A stretch of DNA of 33,283 bases from a virus (IMGVR_UViG_3300040810_000002:1-33283), one strand, 5' to 3'. Shown: positions 17,703 to 26,291, counted from the first letter of the stretch. Numbers and translations: made by a program. Notes: a model not told the origin generated them from the letters alone.

Positions 17703-18256
17703 GCCGTACTTTACCGACAGGTATGGTTGCTAAACTCACTGAGGGTGAAGTTGAGTTATTCCATGCCTTAGAACTACAATTTTCTACTCCCGTATATCTA
17801 TGGACGGGTATTGGCAGTAAGTCCCTTACACCTGAGAATGGATCGACAAATACTTATATTGGTGTCGGTAACCTTCTACAGATAGGTGAACCCTCAGAGG
17901 CTCTTGATCTATCAGCACAAGGTCTTAGTTTGTCGTTAAACGGACTTAACAGTAGTATACTGTCTGCTGCCCTATCTGAGAACTACCAAGGCCGTGCAGC
18001 TAAGTTATACCTAGGTATTGTAGGTGTGGCTAACATGGCAGAAGTATTCTCAGGTTACATGGATGTTATGACCATTAATGAATCAGCAGATACTGTTGAC
18101 GTTTCACTTAATGTGGAAAGCAGACTAATTGACCTAGAACGACCAAGGGTTGCCAGATACACTAAAGCAAGTCATCAGAGTATCAGCGGTAACTCAGGTG
18201 ATAAGTTCTTTGACTTCTTAACAGACATTCAAGATAAACGAGTAGAATGGAAGTAA
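17699..18256 (+). CDS. Tail tip/hub protein
   Basis: LWTGIG...YIGVGNLL...YQGR...FSGYMD-x-M...ESRLIDLER...D-x-FFDF motif. Position within the tail tip module. Confidence 0.65.
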   Translation: MSRTLPTGMVAKLTEGEVELFHALELQFSTPVYLWTGIGSKSLTPENGSTNTYIGVGNLLQIGEPSEALDLSAQGLSLSLNGLNSSILSAALSENYQGRAAKLYLGIVGVANMAEVFSGYMDVMTINESADTVDVSLNVESRLIDLERPRVARYTKASHQSISGNSGDKFFDFLTDIQDKRVEWK

Positions 18257-18685
18257 ATGTTACCCGACTGGAAACACAACCTGACAACTTGGATAGACCA
18301 GAATAGATACAATAGGTTCTCTTGGGGTGTACATGATTGTTTTGTATTCACCAATGTAGCTTGGCGTAAGATGACTGGTAAGGGATATGCTGACGAGTGG
18401 TACGACAGGTACTACAACGAAAGATATAGACCCCTGTCCAGAGAAGAGATGCAACAAGAGTTTGGATACAACGAACTACATGAAGCATTAGACGAAAAGC
18501 TAAATAGGGTGCCTACATCACAAGTAGCTTATGGTAATTTAGTCGGTACATGTAAGTGGTCGAAAAACAACACTACAAGAGTTGCCCTTGGTATATGCCT
18601 AGGTGATAGTTCCGTTTTCGTCGGGACTAGAGAATTACAATTTATACCAACAGACGAAATACAGTTTGCATGGGGTGAAAAATGA
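18257..18685 (+). CDS. NlpC/P60-like tail tip protein (DUF6950-like)
   Basis: FSWGVHDC-x2-F...MTG and ALGICLG motifs. Located just before the large tail tip protein. Confidence 0.6.
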   Translation: MLPDWKHNLTTWIDQNRYNRFSWGVHDCFVFTNVAWRKMTGKGYADEWYDRYYNERYRPLSREEMQQEFGYNELHEALDEKLNRVPTSQVAYGNLVGTCKWSKNNTTRVALGICLGDSSVFVGTRELQFIPTDEIQFAWGEK

Positions 18686-21600
18686 AAGATGAATTTGGCG
18701 CATGGGCAAGAGGGACTACGTTTTTAAGTCCTAACTATCAGTTACGTAGGATGCCAGGGGTTATTGAGTCTGCTATAATTGGAGCTTTTGGTCAGGGTAC
18801 ATTACTGACAACTTTAGCAACTGGAACGACGATATACGTCAGTACAGTCGCAGCTTATGCTATCTACACTGCTGGTACTATGTGGGCCTTGAAGCAGTTA
18901 GCACCTAAAGCACCTACACCTACTAGCCCAGACCTAAGCAACCGACTACAGCCAGACTCACCAAAGCAGGTGATCTATGGTCGTACCCGTGTTGGTGGTG
19001 CTGTTACTTACATCGAAAGTGTTGATGATAGCAGTACTTTGATGCAAATCATCTGTATTGCGGGTCACCCTGTCGAAGAGATTGAAGACATTTATGTCAA
19101 CGACACACGTGTTGATAAAGCTAATGTGGGAAGTGGGTCTGTTTATGGGGGGTTCATTGACCATCCAGACTGGAAAGATGGCACATCATCAAAGGTTGCT
19201 GTATTTAAAGGTAATGGATCAAACAATACCACTGCATTAAACCAATTATTTTATAGCAAGACAGACAACTCAACAGATGTAAACTCAACTGACTTTACTG
19301 GCAACGGTTTATCGTTTTTACAAACTCTTTTTTACTACAATAAGGACGTATTTACCAACGGTATCCCTACAATCAACGCTATCGTAAAAGGACGTAAGAT
19401 ATATGACCCTCGTAAAGATAGCACATCTGACGCTTATGATGCAAGTCTTGGAGTATCCACACACAGAAAGACTACTGAGTCCACTTGGGAATATAGCAAT
19501 AACCCTGCGTTATGTATTCTAGACTACCTAACTCAAGAGCATGGACTTAATATTGGCTATGATGAAATTGATGATGTAGAATGGGCTGACGAAGCTGACA
19601 TCTGTGAAGAACAAGTTACAGAATACTCAGAGGGCGAGGCTGTCTGGTTGAATGATCGCTATAATCTAAATGGCGTATTTACACGGGACATGGCACCTCA
19701 AGAGATTCTACCTGCCATGCTTTCGTCTTGTGCAGGTTCTTTATTCTATGCTCAAGGTAAGTGGGTTCTACGTGTAGGTGAGTATCGTACACCTATCAGC
19801 CCTGTGTTTGACGAGGGTGACCTACGTGGCCCTATGTCTATAGATACTAAGACTTCTCGTCGTGATCTATATAACTCTGTTACAGGTAAGGTATCCGCTG
19901 AGTTTGACTTTACTGATCCAAGCACGTCCTCAGAGATAGACTTCATACCTACCGACTACCCAATGGTAACATCTTCTGCCTTAGAAGCAGAGGATGGTGG
20001 AGTAAGAAATACACTAGAACTCCCATTACCATTTACCACTGACTTACTTCAAGCCCAACGTATAGCTAAACAAACCCTATTTAGAACTAGGGAACAAATT
20101 GTTGTTAATGCTAGGTTTGGTCTTAAAGCATTCCAAGCTAGGGTTGGCGACAATATTAAGCTAACTAACTCACGTATGGGTTGGAATGAGAAAGTCTTTG
20201 AGGTTGTATCGTGGAAGTTTGCTTATGGTGATGGTGCTGCCCTAGAGGTTGACCTGACACTAAAAGAGAACTCAGAAGCTGCATACGACTGGAATGCAGA
20301 AGCTAGTGTCTTCTCAACTAACAATACAACATTACCTAAATATGACTATGCACCTCAACCTACTTTTGATGGTACACCTACTACAGAGGTTATCATTCAA
20401 GAGGATGGCACTGCTGTCGCTAGTGCAGAGGTAGCTTGGACTGTAACTGACGATGCTTATGCAAACGACTATGTATTAGAGTGGAAGAGAACTTCAGAAA
20501 CTGACTACCAGTCTATAGTTACAACTAATTTATACTACCGTATTCCCTCTGTACAGATCGGAGATGACTACGACCTACGTATATCTTCACGTAACAGGTT
20601 GGGTATTCTATCGGATCCATCTACAACTACTGTTACTATTACAGGGGATGTAACTGCACCTTCTGCACCCACACTTGTGAGTGTTACTGGTGGATTTCAA
20701 ATGATCATTATTGACTGGGATAACCCTACCGATAATGACTTTTCTAAAGTTGAAGTATACGTAAATACAACTAACACCTCTACTGGTGCGACAAAGATAG
20801 GCGAAACTTCTGGTTCCTTCTTTACTCACAGTGGTCTTGGTAGTGCAGTTACACGTTATTATTTCCTCAAGGCTTTAGACTACACAGGAAACTCCAGTGC
20901 ATTTACTGGTACAACTGGCAACTCTGCAACTACACAAGATGCATTAGCAGATGGTACATCTATTGTTCCTGTGTATGCAGACGATGCAAGCGGCACTAAC
21001 AAAAGTTATACCGCTGGTTCTCGTACTTTTGTACTCTACTATGAGTACACTGGCACTAAACCTGCTATTAGCACAGTTACTGGTACTTGGGTTGAGTTTG
21101 TTGGCCCAGAGGGGCCAAGAGGACCAGAGGGGCCAAGAGGACCAGAGGGGCCAGAAGGAGACACTGGATCAAGAAATGCTGTAGTAAGATACTACCAAGA
21201 GGCACCGTCGACACCTGCTAAACCAACTGCTAGTTCTTCAACATATACTTGGTCTACAGGTCAAGCGACAGCTACTGTAGGAAGTTGGTCAACTACCGCA
21301 CCAACTGTCGATGCCGCTGGTTCTAATGATTATTACTATAGTGATATTACATATGTAGATAGCACAGGTGAAGCGAGTACGACTACAGGTTCTAGTTCAA
21401 CTAATGCTGTACGTTTGTTTAACTTTAACGGTTTGGTTACTTTTACTAACGAAACTGGTACAACAGACCTAAATACAGCTTTGGCAGATAGTAGTACCAT
21501 CATTGATGGTGGCAATATTACTACTAACACTATTACAGCTAATAGTATTATTGTTGATGACCTTACTATTGGTAAATCTGGTAATAACCTTACCATTAAA

Positions 21601-22035
21601 GATGCTGGTGTTGATACTACCCAAATTGCGGCATCTGCAATTTCAACGGTTGCGACATCTTACACTGCATCGGCGTCGGTGCCTTACTCAAGCAACACCT
21701 TTGGATCGTCAATCGCAAGCACCAGCTTGTCAGGCGCAGAGAGCGGAGACAAGTTTTTGGGAATAGTCACCGTCGGATGGTATACGAATATCTCTAGTAA
21801 TGTGGATTATATCAATCAGTCAGCGTTTTTGAACTCTGGTGGTTTCTCGCAACTTTTTCATCCTCGGCTAGAGACAGCTACAGGGTTTGCTGGCGGGAGC
21901 ACAATGGTGGGCCTATTCGAAGCAACTTCGAGCGGCACAGTGACGTTCACTTTTAATCCAGCACAAAGTGTCTCATCATCTGAAACCGCCACAGCTAATT
22001 CGATTAGGATGACTTTGATAAGGCTCAAACGATGA
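18682..22035 (+). CDS. Central tail tip / host-specificity protein (gpJ-like) with FN3-like domains and a short collagen repeat
   Basis: 1117 aa. VIYGRTRVGG, KGRKIYDPR, WEYSNNPALCILDYL, LPFTTD...AQRIAK motifs, FN3-like DVTAPSAP...WDNPTDNDF segment, and (GPE GPR) repeat. Confidence 0.85.
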   Translation: MKDEFGAWARGTTFLSPNYQLRRMPGVIESAIIGAFGQGTLLTTLATGTTIYVSTVAAYAIYTAGTMWALKQLAPKAPTPTSPDLSNRLQPDSPKQVIYGRTRVGGAVTYIESVDDSSTLMQIICIAGHPVEEIEDIYVNDTRVDKANVGSGSVYGGFIDHPDWKDGTSSKVAVFKGNGSNNTTALNQLFYSKTDNSTDVNSTDFTGNGLSFLQTLFYYNKDVFTNGIPTINAIVKGRKIYDPRKDSTSDAYDASLGVSTHRKTTESTWEYSNNPALCILDYLTQEHGLNIGYDEIDDVEWADEADICEEQVTEYSEGEAVWLNDRYNLNGVFTRDMAPQEILPAMLSSCAGSLFYAQGKWVLRVGEYRTPISPVFDEGDLRGPMSIDTKTSRRDLYNSVTGKVSAEFDFTDPSTSSEIDFIPTDYPMVTSSALEAEDGGVRNTLELPLPFTTDLLQAQRIAKQTLFRTREQIVVNARFGLKAFQARVGDNIKLTNSRMGWNEKVFEVVSWKFAYGDGAALEVDLTLKENSEAAYDWNAEASVFSTNNTTLPKYDYAPQPTFDGTPTTEVIIQEDGTAVASAEVAWTVTDDAYANDYVLEWKRTSETDYQSIVTTNLYYRIPSVQIGDDYDLRISSRNRLGILSDPSTTTVTITGDVTAPSAPTLVSVTGGFQMIIIDWDNPTDNDFSKVEVYVNTTNTSTGATKIGETSGSFFTHSGLGSAVTRYYFLKALDYTGNSSAFTGTTGNSATTQDALADGTSIVPVYADDASGTNKSYTAGSRTFVLYYEYTGTKPAISTVTGTWVEFVGPEGPRGPEGPRGPEGPEGDTGSRNAVVRYYQEAPSTPAKPTASSSTYTWSTGQATATVGSWSTTAPTVDAAGSNDYYYSDITYVDSTGEASTTTGSSSTNAVRLFNFNGLVTFTNETGTTDLNTALADSSTIIDGGNITTNTITANSIIVDDLTIGKSGNNLTIKDAGVDTTQIAASAISTVATSYTASASVPYSSNTFGSSIASTSLSGAESGDKFLGIVTVGWYTNISSNVDYINQSAFLNSGGFSQLFHPRLETATGFAGGSTMVGLFEATSSGTVTFTFNPAQSVSSSETATANSIRMTLIRLKR
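21106..21153 (+). repeat. Perfect 18-bp tandem repeat (2.67 copies) encoding collagen-like G-P-X triplets
   Basis: CCAGAGGGGCCAAGAGGA x2 followed by CCAGAGGGGCCA. Confidence 0.9.
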
Positions 22036-22424
22036 TCAACTACATTATACACGACTCAAATGGGGACATCATTTCTTGCGGCTCAATGCCAGAGGAGATT
22101 GATCAAAGAATTAACACCGATCATACACAGGTATTAACTGACTTTCCCGATGATATTGAAAACTATCGTTTTGACATACCATCAAGCACCATAGTTCCTT
22201 TAAGTCAGAGTGTTATTGATGCAAGAAAAACGGAAGAAGCGTGGTTTTTACTTCGTTCAGTTAGGGCGGGGAGGTTGTCATCAACCGATTGGACACAATC
22301 ACCAGACAGCCCATTGACTGACGCTAAGAAACAAGAGTGGGCCACGTATCGTCAATCTTTACGTGACCTACCTTCCAACACAACAGACCCTGCCAACCCA
22401 ACTTGGCCTACTAAACCATCATAA
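22032..22424 (+). CDS. Tail fibre assembly chaperone-like protein (second paralog)
   Basis: LR-x2-R-x3-L-x2-TDWTQSPDSPL...W-x-TYRQSLRDLP...WPTKP. Confidence 0.8.
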   Translation: MINYIIHDSNGDIISCGSMPEEIDQRINTDHTQVLTDFPDDIENYRFDIPSSTIVPLSQSVIDARKTEEAWFLLRSVRAGRLSSTDWTQSPDSPLTDAKKQEWATYRQSLRDLPSNTTDPANPTWPTKPS

Positions 22425-22433
22425 GAGGATATT

Positions 22434-22814
22434 ATGGGATACCAATTAGGAACACGTAGTAAACAAAAACTTTCGGGTGTTCATCCCGATATGGTAGCAG
22501 TAGTATCACGGGCGATTGAGTTGTCTGAACAAGACTTCTCTGTGCTTGAAGGTATACGACACATCAATCGTCAACGAGAACTAGTTAAGGCAGGTAAGTC
22601 AACCACTATGAACTCACGACATCTGACAGGACATGCAGTAGACTTAGTGCCTTATCCTGTGTCGTGGGACTGGGAATACTTTTACCCTATCGTAGACGCT
22701 ATGAAAGCAGCAGCAGAAGAGTTAGACATAGAGATCACGTGTGGTGCAGACTGGAAGAATTTCCCTGATGGTCCACACTTTGAATTGTCTTGGAACTCGT
22801 ATCCAGTAGAATAG
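22434..22814 (+). CDS. Endolysin, M15-family Zn peptidase (L-Ala-D-Glu type)
   Basis: SRHLTGHAVD (SxHxxGxAxD) and DGPHFEL motifs, RS-x2-KL-x-GVHPD N-terminus. RBS GAGGA. Confidence 0.9.
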   Translation: MGYQLGTRSKQKLSGVHPDMVAVVSRAIELSEQDFSVLEGIRHINRQRELVKAGKSTTMNSRHLTGHAVDLVPYPVSWDWEYFYPIVDAMKAAAEELDIEITCGADWKNFPDGPHFELSWNSYPVE

Positions 22815-22821
22815 GTCAGTT

Positions 22822-23052
22822 ATGATTGAAATGGTTGACCTTATCATGCAGTGGCTTGTTGCACCTGTTATAATCGTTGTATGGCATTTGTTTACCCGAT
22901 GTACTAAACACGATACAGAAATAGCCGTACTTAAATCACAACTAGAGTCATCTAAAGTTTCCTATGACAGGGAAATGAAAGAGATGAAAGAAACCATTAA
23001 AGCAATATTCCTTAAACTCGACAGTATAGAGCAATCACTGCGAGATAGGTAA
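22822..23052 (+). CDS. Small membrane protein (N-terminal TM plus coiled coil), lysis cassette
   Basis: Hydrophobic LIMQWLVAPVIIVVWHLF followed by a heptad-like tail. Adjacent to the endolysin. Confidence 0.55.
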   Translation: MIEMVDLIMQWLVAPVIIVVWHLFTRCTKHDTEIAVLKSQLESSKVSYDREMKEMKETIKAIFLKLDSIEQSLRDR

Positions 23053-23053
23053 A

Positions 23054-23194
23054 ATGGATAATAAAGCATTAGTCGGTGTTCTTTTTGCAGCACTTATAGG
23101 TTTGTTAGGTTGGAACATAAAGACAACACATGAACTAACCTTACAGGTACAGAAACTTGAGATCATTCTCCTAAATGACGCATTTGCAAAGTAG
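23054..23194 (+). CDS. 46-aa single-TM protein (not in the ORF track)
   Basis: MDNKALVGVLFAALIGLLGWNIKTTHELTLQVQKLEIILLNDAFAK. Fills the gap between neighbours, RBS AGGT. Confidence 0.6.
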   Translation: MDNKALVGVLFAALIGLLGWNIKTTHELTLQVQKLEIILLNDAFAK

Positions 23195-23203
23195 GAGAAT
23201 ACA

Positions 23204-23659
23204 ATGGACCCAGTTACGATTATCAGTGGTGCTACAGTCGCCTTTAATGCCTTAAAGAAGGGTTTTGCTGTAGGCAAAGACTTACAAGAAATGGGGGGTC
23301 AACTAAATCAGTGGGCCTCTGCTATGTCAGATTTAGGTCAGGCAGAAAAGAAAGTCAACAACCCGCCTTGGTGGAAGTCACTTGGTAGTGATGTAGAACA
23401 AGAGGCTATGGCTGTTTGGAATGCAAAGCGTAAGGCAGAAGCCATGCGTGAAGAATTACGCAGTTATATAAGTTTTGTTTATGGGCCATCAGCATGGGAT
23501 GAATTAGTGGCTACAGAAGCAAAAATACGTAAACAAAAAAGAGAGCATGAATACCGTAAAGCTGAACTACAAGAGGCCATAATAACTTGGTCACTTACTG
23601 GCCTAATCTTGCTTATATTCTTTGTTGGCTTAGGTTTTCTAGTTTACACAATGAGATGA
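23204..23659 (+). CDS. Hypothetical protein with C-terminal TM helix
   Basis: 151 aa, RBS AGGAG, helical body, C-terminal WSLTGLILLIFFVGLGFLVY. Confidence 0.6.
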   Translation: MDPVTIISGATVAFNALKKGFAVGKDLQEMGGQLNQWASAMSDLGQAEKKVNNPPWWKSLGSDVEQEAMAVWNAKRKAEAMREELRSYISFVYGPSAWDELVATEAKIRKQKREHEYRKAELQEAIITWSLTGLILLIFFVGLGFLVYTMR

Positions 23660-23760
23660 TTAAAAAAGTCGGCAACAAGTATATAGTATACGGGAAGGGT
23701 GGTAAGATCGTTATCATCACTAGTAGCCGACGAATAGCGGAGAAATATGATGGTAGTTGA
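23656..23760 (+). CDS. 34-aa basic peptide (not in the ORF track)
   Basis: An ATGA overlap with the upstream stop starts MIKKVGNKYIVYGKGGKIVIITSSRRIAEKYDGS, which fills an otherwise empty gap. Confidence 0.45.
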   Translation: MIKKVGNKYIVYGKGGKIVIITSSRRIAEKYDGS

Positions 23761-24070
23761 CTTTGATGTTGATGGTGACGGTAAAGTCACACTAGAAGAA
23801 ATAGCTATGAAAGAGCGTATGCTTGAAGTAGAGTTACGTGAAGAAAAAGCTGAGTCACAGAAGTTTATGGCTTGGGTAGCTATGGGTATGATGATTATCT
23901 TTACGATATTTCTATTCACACCTATCATGTCAGACTCACGTGTATCTGCTTTAGCTGATCTACTAGGTTTATTCTACATTGCACAGACTGGTGTTGTTGC
24001 AGCTTACATGGGTGCTACAGCTTATATGGCTGGTAAACCTATGGGTAATAAGGTGGCTATGAGCAAATGA
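23747..24070 (+). CDS. Holin-like two-TM protein with N-terminal EF-hand-type loop
   Basis: DVDGDGKVTLEE loop, two hydrophobic segments (FMAWVAMGMMIIFTIFLF and LLGLFYIAQTGVVAAYMGATAY), basic C-terminus. RBS GGAG. Confidence 0.6.
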   Translation: MMVVDFDVDGDGKVTLEEIAMKERMLEVELREEKAESQKFMAWVAMGMMIIFTIFLFTPIMSDSRVSALADLLGLFYIAQTGVVAAYMGATAYMAGKPMGNKVAMSK

Positions 24071-24393
24071 GATGGATAATCCTAACACTACTATTATCTA
24101 GTTGTGGATTAACTAGTCTAATTCCCACTGGTGGGACTAACGTAGCTGCTAACACACAGGTAGGACAAGAGAACTACCAAGGTGTCACGACAAACGTCGA
24201 TAGGTCAGTTAAGCCTGTCCTAAGACCAGAAGGTCCCGTAGAGAACGTACAACAGGACAACAGTGTGACAAACATATCTGAACTAGACCCCCTACTATTA
24301 ATACTCTTAGTACTTGGCTGGCTTGCTCCTAGCCCCTCAGAGATAGGTAGGGGAATACTTAAACTGTTCCGACGAAGAAGAATAGAATACTAA
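24067..24393 (+). CDS. Lipoprotein with C-terminal TM segment, candidate unimolecular spanin
   Basis: Signal peptide MRWIILTLLLSS-C with lipobox, C-terminal hydrophobic PLLLILLVLGWLA and basic tail RRRR. Last gene of the lysis cassette. Confidence 0.65.
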   Translation: MRWIILTLLLSSCGLTSLIPTGGTNVAANTQVGQENYQGVTTNVDRSVKPVLRPEGPVENVQQDNSVTNISELDPLLLILLVLGWLAPSPSEIGRGILKLFRRRRIEY

Positions 24394-24405
24394 CCCCCAG
24401 ATACT

Positions 24406-24442
24406 AAAGAACCCCCTAGGTTAATTCCTAGGGGGCTTTTTT
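24406..24442. terminator. Bidirectional intrinsic terminator between the convergent arms
   Basis: AAAGAA-CCCCCTAGG-ttaatt-CCTAGGGGG-CTTTTTT: a perfect 9-bp stem with a T-tract on + and a weaker T-rich tract on -. Confidence 0.85.
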
Positions 24443-24446
24443 GTGT

Positions 24447-24593
24447 CTACTCTTCTGATAGACCTAGTTTGTTCATGCACATAGCTGTACCTTCATACAG
24501 CATTTCTATGTCGGCCTCTGCTTTTGTAATCTTACGTAGGCAATATGCATTTGCCAGTAGACTAATCAGCAGGATACCTTCTATTACGGTCAT
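24447..24593 (-). CDS. 48-aa hypothetical protein with hydrophobic N-terminus (not in the ORF track)
   Basis: MTVIEGILLISLLANAYCLRKITKAEADIEMLYEGTAMCMNKLGLSEE. ATGA-coupled to the DUF3310 gene, RBS AGGAG. Confidence 0.55.
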   Translation of the reverse strand: MTVIEGILLISLLANAYCLRKITKAEADIEMLYEGTAMCMNKLGLSEE

Positions 24594-24910
24594 TTACGCT
24601 CCTGTTGTTGTATTAGTGCTTCTAGGTACCATCGGGCTTTCTTCAAGTCCTCGACACCATTTTTGTATCGCCATCGGTGTAGATACTTAGCTACATTTCC
24701 ACGGTAGTATCCTGTTAGTTCCTCGTCTGTCAGGAAGTCTTTGATGTACTCAATACACTCAATAGAACCTGTACCATAGTGTGCAGGGTTGTTTACATTG
24801 TCACGTTCTTTGGATCGTTGTCGTTCCTCTTTTGTCATTGGGGTTATCATCGGGGCTTCACTCCAATCTTGTTCCATAAGTTCTTTCCAGTACCTTTTTT
24901 GAGTTGTCAT
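24590..24910 (-). CDS. DUF3310 protein (T7 gp1.7/SaV-like, putative nucleotide kinase)
   Basis: DNVNNPAHY...IECIEYI...GNVAKYLHRWRYKNGVEDLKKARWYL is the DUF3310 signature. Confidence 0.85.
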   Translation of the reverse strand: MTTQKRYWKELMEQDWSEAPMITPMTKEERQRSKERDNVNNPAHYGTGSIECIEYIKDFLTDEELTGYYRGNVAKYLHRWRYKNGVEDLKKARWYLEALIQQQERK

Positions 24911-25626
24911 AGACGTTCCTTCATAAACACCTTAACCCATTGGGCGCAGATGTCTGACCTGATGATGTCATCCACACCAAACTCAATGATTGGCACAGGC
25001 AACATATGCTTCTTTGCTAGATGGATCACCTTCGACAACCCGTCTGTCTCTTTCAAGTCAGATTGTTGCGAATCACCATTAAGCACAATAGTAGTACCTT
25101 CTCCAACCCTAGTCAACAACATTTTTAGTTCGTGTGTTGTTATATTCTGTGACTCGTCTACAATTATGAAGGCATTATCGAAGCTACGCCCACGCATAAG
25201 TGCAAGAGGTGCCATCTCAATGTTGCCATTCTTGATACCAGTTTCGACTGTACCCTTTCCAAGATGCTTCTCCAATACGTCTAGTACAGGTAATGCCCAA
25301 GGTTTAGTCTTTTCCTCTAGGTCACCCTTGAGAAACCCTAATTCCTTACCTACGGCAACGTGAGGTCTTGTGATAACGATCTTATCAATTTCTTTCGTCG
25401 TGTAGAGGTCGGCAGCATAAGTCGCCGTAACATACGTTTTCCCAGTCCCCGCAGGACCAAGGATAAAGACTTGTTGATATTCCCGAAGAGCATCTAATAG
25501 TTCCTTTTGTTTATCAGTCCTAGGTAACAACCCAGAAGTCTTTTTCTGGGCTGCACCTTTGTAATTAGTTTTTCGTCGGGTCTTTCTAGGTTTGACAGGA
25601 AACTCTGTCACGTTGTCATCATCCAT
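24907..25626 (-). CDS. phoH: PhoH-family ATPase
   Basis: GPAGTGKT Walker A, IVITRP, LGFLKGDLEEK, MRGRSF, IIVDESQN, LTRVGE, GDSQQSD. Confidence 0.95.
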   Translation of the reverse strand: MDDDNVTEFPVKPRKTRRKTNYKGAAQKKTSGLLPRTDKQKELLDALREYQQVFILGPAGTGKTYVTATYAADLYTTKEIDKIVITRPHVAVGKELGFLKGDLEEKTKPWALPVLDVLEKHLGKGTVETGIKNGNIEMAPLALMRGRSFDNAFIIVDESQNITTHELKMLLTRVGEGTTIVLNGDSQQSDLKETDGLSKVIHLAKKHMLPVPIIEFGVDDIIRSDICAQWVKVFMKERL

Positions 25627-26071
25627 TCAGTTCTACCAGTTCTGCTGATGTATAGGGTATATGAAAGAATTGTTCCCCTTTACGTATGTACCTACCTTTG
25701 GCTGTACCTAGGCTTTCCTTAGTCAGTAATGTGTCCTTGATACGCCATGCCTGTCGTAGGTCTTTACGGAAGACGTAGAAGTTAAGAACACCATTCTCTG
25801 ACCCATGTTTGTCTAGGAGCCTCTGTTTGCGTTCAGGAATGCGTATTTCTGACCAGTGGGTAGGCCAGTCCCCATCCCAAGCTACCTTAACCTCTGCCTC
25901 GTTGAAATAAGTGTAGCCACCCTTCTGTGACACGACATCAACGTAATAGTTCTCTTCTGTGTTTACAATAGTGTGTCCCTTCTTCTTTAGTAGGGATACT
26001 AGTGCAGCTTTAGCAGGTTCGTCGTATGCCTCATACAAGGCCCTACTAAAACTCTTTCTTACCTTTGTCAT
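25619..26071 (-). CDS. Hypothetical protein, possible PD-(D/E)xK nuclease fold
   Basis: 150 aa. YYVDV...FNEAEVK resembles a D...ExK catalytic motif. No family recognised with certainty. Confidence 0.5.
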   Translation of the reverse strand: MTKVRKSFSRALYEAYDEPAKAALVSLLKKKGHTIVNTEENYYVDVVSQKGGYTYFNEAEVKVAWDGDWPTHWSEIRIPERKQRLLDKHGSENGVLNFYVFRKDLRQAWRIKDTLLTKESLGTAKGRYIRKGEQFFHIPYTSAELVELNG

Positions 26072-26291
26072 CTAGCCACTCTTTCAGTTCTGTATAGCCA
26101 CCTATGTGGTTGCCTTTCGGGTTAAAGATTTGAGGAACAGTTGTTATGCTAGACCTCTTGAGTAAGTACAACAACCACTTACTACTACCTGATTGTATGT
26201 TGTATTCTGTATAAGGTAAACCACTAGCCTTTAGTAGGGCTTTAGCTTGATCGCAGAAATTGCATTGGTCACGTGTGATTACCACCCACAT
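26046..26291 (-). CDS. Glutaredoxin (NrdH/Grx-like)
   Basis: CNFC active site, TTVPQIF, HIGGYTEL. ATG at 26291 with RBS GGAG preferred over the longer ORF-track start. Confidence 0.9.
   Translation of the reverse strand: MWVVITRDQCNFCDQAKALLKASGLPYTEYNIQSGSSKWLLYLLKRSSITTVPQIFNPKGNHIGGYTELKEWLDDKGKKEF

Noticed and set aside
9597-22035. Gene transfer agent cluster
   Set aside because: The tape measure C-terminus is GTA/lambda-like, but the capsid and protease types, the long tape measure and the linked DNA replication module indicate a true phage.
24779-25363. 194-aa + strand ORF
   Set aside because: Antisense to phoH and DUF3310, beyond the terminator, with no protein-like signal.
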